Assembly: GCA_030141605.1 (NCBI GenBank)
Contig: JAQGDQ010000635.1
Span: 1 to 64,000 of the forward strand
DNA from: Tubiluchus corallicola
Lineage: Eukaryota; Animalia; Priapulida
Direction: 5' to 3'
Length of the DNA: 64,000 nt
In this document: positions 60,410 to 64,000 of the stretch, in pieces
Layout of the letters: each line of letters begins with the position of its first letter
How positions within the stretch are numbered: the first letter of the stretch is position 1
Notes under the pieces: generated by a model
Seen by the model: only the letters and a program-made list of their open reading frames with translations
Told to the model about the DNA's origin: nothing
Database searches by the model: none
Program-made: the position numbers and the translations under genes

Positions 60410-62669
60410 CACATATGTTATACATTAAACGCTGCTTGTCAAGCGGCCGAAACTCGACTCTCAAGTTCCTCCTGACGACTCCAAAAACCTGTATTTGTAT
60501 TTGTTTGTTTTTTTGTCTTCCTTACTCCCTTCATAACATACTCCTTGAAAAATATTATAACTATATAACTATACGCATACAAAATTTCTCTCCATTAATA
60601 CAAACTATTTTATGATTATAATTACACTCCTACAAAAATATATCACCTGAGAGGTGATAATATCTCAAAAAACCAAAACTATAATATGTAAACCTACTCC
60701 CATGACATTCTTTCTCCAAACTGTTTTTAACGCAATCCTGCTCTTACTGACCTACCTTAATTTTCCTTTTTCACACTTATTACATAATTCTTTTCTCTCT
60801 AGTACAAACTACATAATACTAACAAATGCCAGGTGCCACATAGCTGGTCGGCCGCTGCTTAGCGATAGGCTTCAGTACCACCTAAAGACATGTGCTCGCA
60901 CTCAGCATAACCTTTTTGGTTATCGCATTTCAAGGACCAATTCTTACATTGGTTTTCATAGTCAAAATACAATTAAGCTATATACATTACATTATTCATA
61001 GTACATTATCCATTACACAATTGCTTATCAAAACAAACATAATAGACGACAATACCGAACACATGCCAGCAGACAAAGATATACATTATATACATAGATT
61101 AAATTGAGCGAACTTGCTTTACATCTACAGAGAGAGAATTCCAGTTTTTAGGTGCAGTCATGCTTATAAATTTAATTCAATTCAATTCAATTTCAATTTA
61201 TTCATCTCTTTATAGTGTTACAATAAAACATGATTAATAAAAGAATCTCTAATAAGTTTTGAGGAATGGTTAATATGTATAGATAGATCTAGAACTAGAG
61301 AAAGGATAGCGAAAAGACTACAAAGTCACCTAGTCTGTTATCCTTTACCGAATATAGATAAAAAGATTTTACACACTGCTGGGCATTAATGTTATCAGTT
61401 TAATTTAGGAAACATTAGTAATTTTTAAAATTATGACATTTCTATATAATCCAGAGAAAAGAATATACATGTAGTTTAATTAGCGGGCAGCAAAATAAGG
61501 TCAATCTTGATTAAACTAAAAATTGCATTTAGATTTTATGTGAAACACAGGTCAAAATTGTTATGAAATGATAAAAACACTTTGGGTTAGTAATGCTATT
61601 AATCAACAACAGGAGTTAAATACATTTTCATTTGAGTTCAACTTCATTATTTCTAGGCTTATTGATTAAGAACAAATTTACTGACTTGGACAAAATGCCT
61701 ACTTCACCCACCGCTGAACGGGCTATCTATCCATACCCAGCACCACCCTCGGCCCGTTCCCGTTCTCTACATCTCAGCCGTATAACTTTTGCAAAAAACG
61801 GCCGAAAAAGGGCCATTTTTGGAGGTTTTTCGCCCCCCCCCCTTCCTTCCGGTGGGCCCGATTCGAAAAATAAAGTACCAATGGCACGACACTAGATCGA
61901 GACCTTTCTTTTGATATATAGATCGCCGCAAATGGTGCCGTCGTCGAAGCTGTAGCCTGTAGCCTCGAAAATTATATATATATAAATAAATATATATACC
62001 AAGAATATTAATATAAGAGTATAGATAATATAATTCTCAATATACTGGTAGGACAAACAGAAATAAAGTGTTTCTTCGAAATGATTCTATAGGGATTTGC
62101 AAAGAAATTAGGGAACAGTTTGTTATGGGTTTTACACACAAGGCTGCAAGCATAAAACTTGAACTTGAACCAGATGCAAAAACTAAGAAACTTTTACTAT
62201 CTTCACTTCATTTCACCAAAGGTCATTTGATCCGGGGTATTGTTGTTGTTGTTCAGCATTCGGTTCGGGTTATTGCCCAGTAAAATTTACGATCATAATA
62301 ACGAAGTGGGCAGTTCTACTAATAACATTCTTAGCGAAGACTTTTACAAGACGGAATAAGGTAACGTGGAGACTGAGGGGTATTATTGGAATGTAACCCT
62401 GTTAGAAATTGGTAATATTTGAGCAGAAGGCGCGCGCCATGTTTTGATACGCGATATTTTTTCTAAGGTTCGGGAGCATCAGAGAGACGTGATTTTGTGG
62501 CTTGTTGTGGGGAATAAAATTTATATGATTTCTGGTTCATTGCTCCGTTGGGGTTGAATTTTGGTTGCAGAACTATAGTGGTTTTGATGCTCTAGCAGCG
62601 TTACACAACAGCAAACTGTTCCATACTTTCCATGCTAAACAATACACACAATCTTTAAACATGCAAAAA

Positions 62670-63057
62670 CCAAAAATTGTAATTGAAAATTGAAAATCAA
62701 AAATCGAAACGTGCGGTTGAAAATTGAAAACCGAAAACCGAAAATAGAAAATTGAGATCGAAGATCGAAAATCAGAATTTGAAAAACGAAAATCCAAAAT
62801 TGCAACTGAAAATTGAAAACGGAAAACTGAAAAATCGAAAATAGAAAATTGAAATTAAAAATCGAAAGTCGAAAGTCGAAAATCGAAAATCAAAATTGAA
62901 AATCGAAAATCCAAAATTGCAATTGAAAATTGAAATCCGAAAATCCAAAACCGAAGATTGAAACTGAAAATTTAAAATCGAAAATCGAAACTGAAAATCG
63001 AAAATTAAAAATTGAAAATTGAAAATCGAAGTGGAAATTGAAAATTGAGAACGAAAA
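62670..63057. repeat. Degenerate (GAAAAT[C/T])n heptamer array
   Basis: Read directly from sequence. Confidence 0.9.
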
Positions 63058-64000
63058 GTTGTGCTTTTACCATATCTTATTTTTTTCTTGAATTCTTGCA
63101 CACCATCTTAAGTACCACTTCATTCAGAATACGTACAGAGAAACATTGTAACGTAGCTTTAAAATACGAACTGAGTGATGGTTTAAAGTATAGGCGAATA
63201 ATACTGCTATGTACCGTTTCGTCCTCATATTGGTCTAAGCAAACGCTGGAACTGACCCACAGTTACTATTTTTGAACTCTAGGCTACTATATATACTACT
63301 AAAAGGCAACTGTGAAAAACTATGAACTACTATGAATTTTATTTCACACATCAAAAAATCAATATAAAACACATTAATAAACATTAAATAAAATAATTTG
63401 AGTAGTGCGAGATGAGTGTACGTAACACACTCACCTTACTTAAATGAAAAAAATGATTATAGTTATGCATACTTCTGTAGATAACTTAATGTAAATAAGG
63501 ATGAAGTAAATGATGTAATAATAGCAATGGTATAAGAGCAATAAACCTGAAAGTTGAGAAAGGAAAACATAATATGTAATTACAACTTTGAGTGAGCCTT
63601 AAGGAGTGAAATTTTTTTAAATAGTTACGAATATGAATTATCTGATTATCTGTCAATGCACCACTTACTTGTATTACAATGCACCTTATTGCTTACTTGT
63701 ATATACAATGATATACACATATATGTACCCAAATTTAAGTGGGGGAGAAGAGATTAAATTACACATTATACTTGTAGTAATAACTATCACTGTATAAAAC
63801 ATTTAAATATAATTGATGGTAGTAATGTAGCCAAAAAAGTATGAAGAGAGATTGGGTTAGAATCATTTCCATTTGTACCATTAAAGGAAAACAGGATGAT
63901 TTTTCACATTTGAAAGTACAGTAAAAAGCATACATTTTAACCAATATAATAATGCCAAAGCGTTTCTGACACTTATGTAATAGGTTAAAAGCTTAATTAA

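Overview
AT-rich, repeat-dense DNA from an invertebrate animal (GT-AG introns, microsatellites, many MITEs; no prokaryotic features; species not identifiable from sequence). Genes I can support: (1) the last three exons of a beta-lactamase-family (lact-2-like) gene on + (2531-6471); (2) a four-exon, ~418-aa protein with a C-terminal transmembrane helix on - (23504-18699), possibly MINAR1/KIAA1024-like; (3) three intronless, same-strand, very tightly packed genes on - (CMC4, PSMG4, C18orf21/RMP24; 49666-48233), each preceded by its own polypyrimidine-TAG splice acceptor, which looks like a tricistronic unit or operon; (4) a divergently oriented intronless mitochondrial-clan cytochrome P450 (51029-52579); (5) a decayed GT-A glycosyltransferase-like pseudogene (~60310-59595). 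Mobile DNA includes an internally deleted P-element/THAP transposon, a full-length 5S rRNA-headed SINE plus a fragment, a solo LTR flanked by a ~110-bp duplication, a four-element nested MITE stack, a hairpin-array element, a ~430-bp foldback and several minisatellites. One minisatellite is a 10-fold copy of a splice acceptor plus start codon. Family assignments come from my recognition of motifs, not from database searches.
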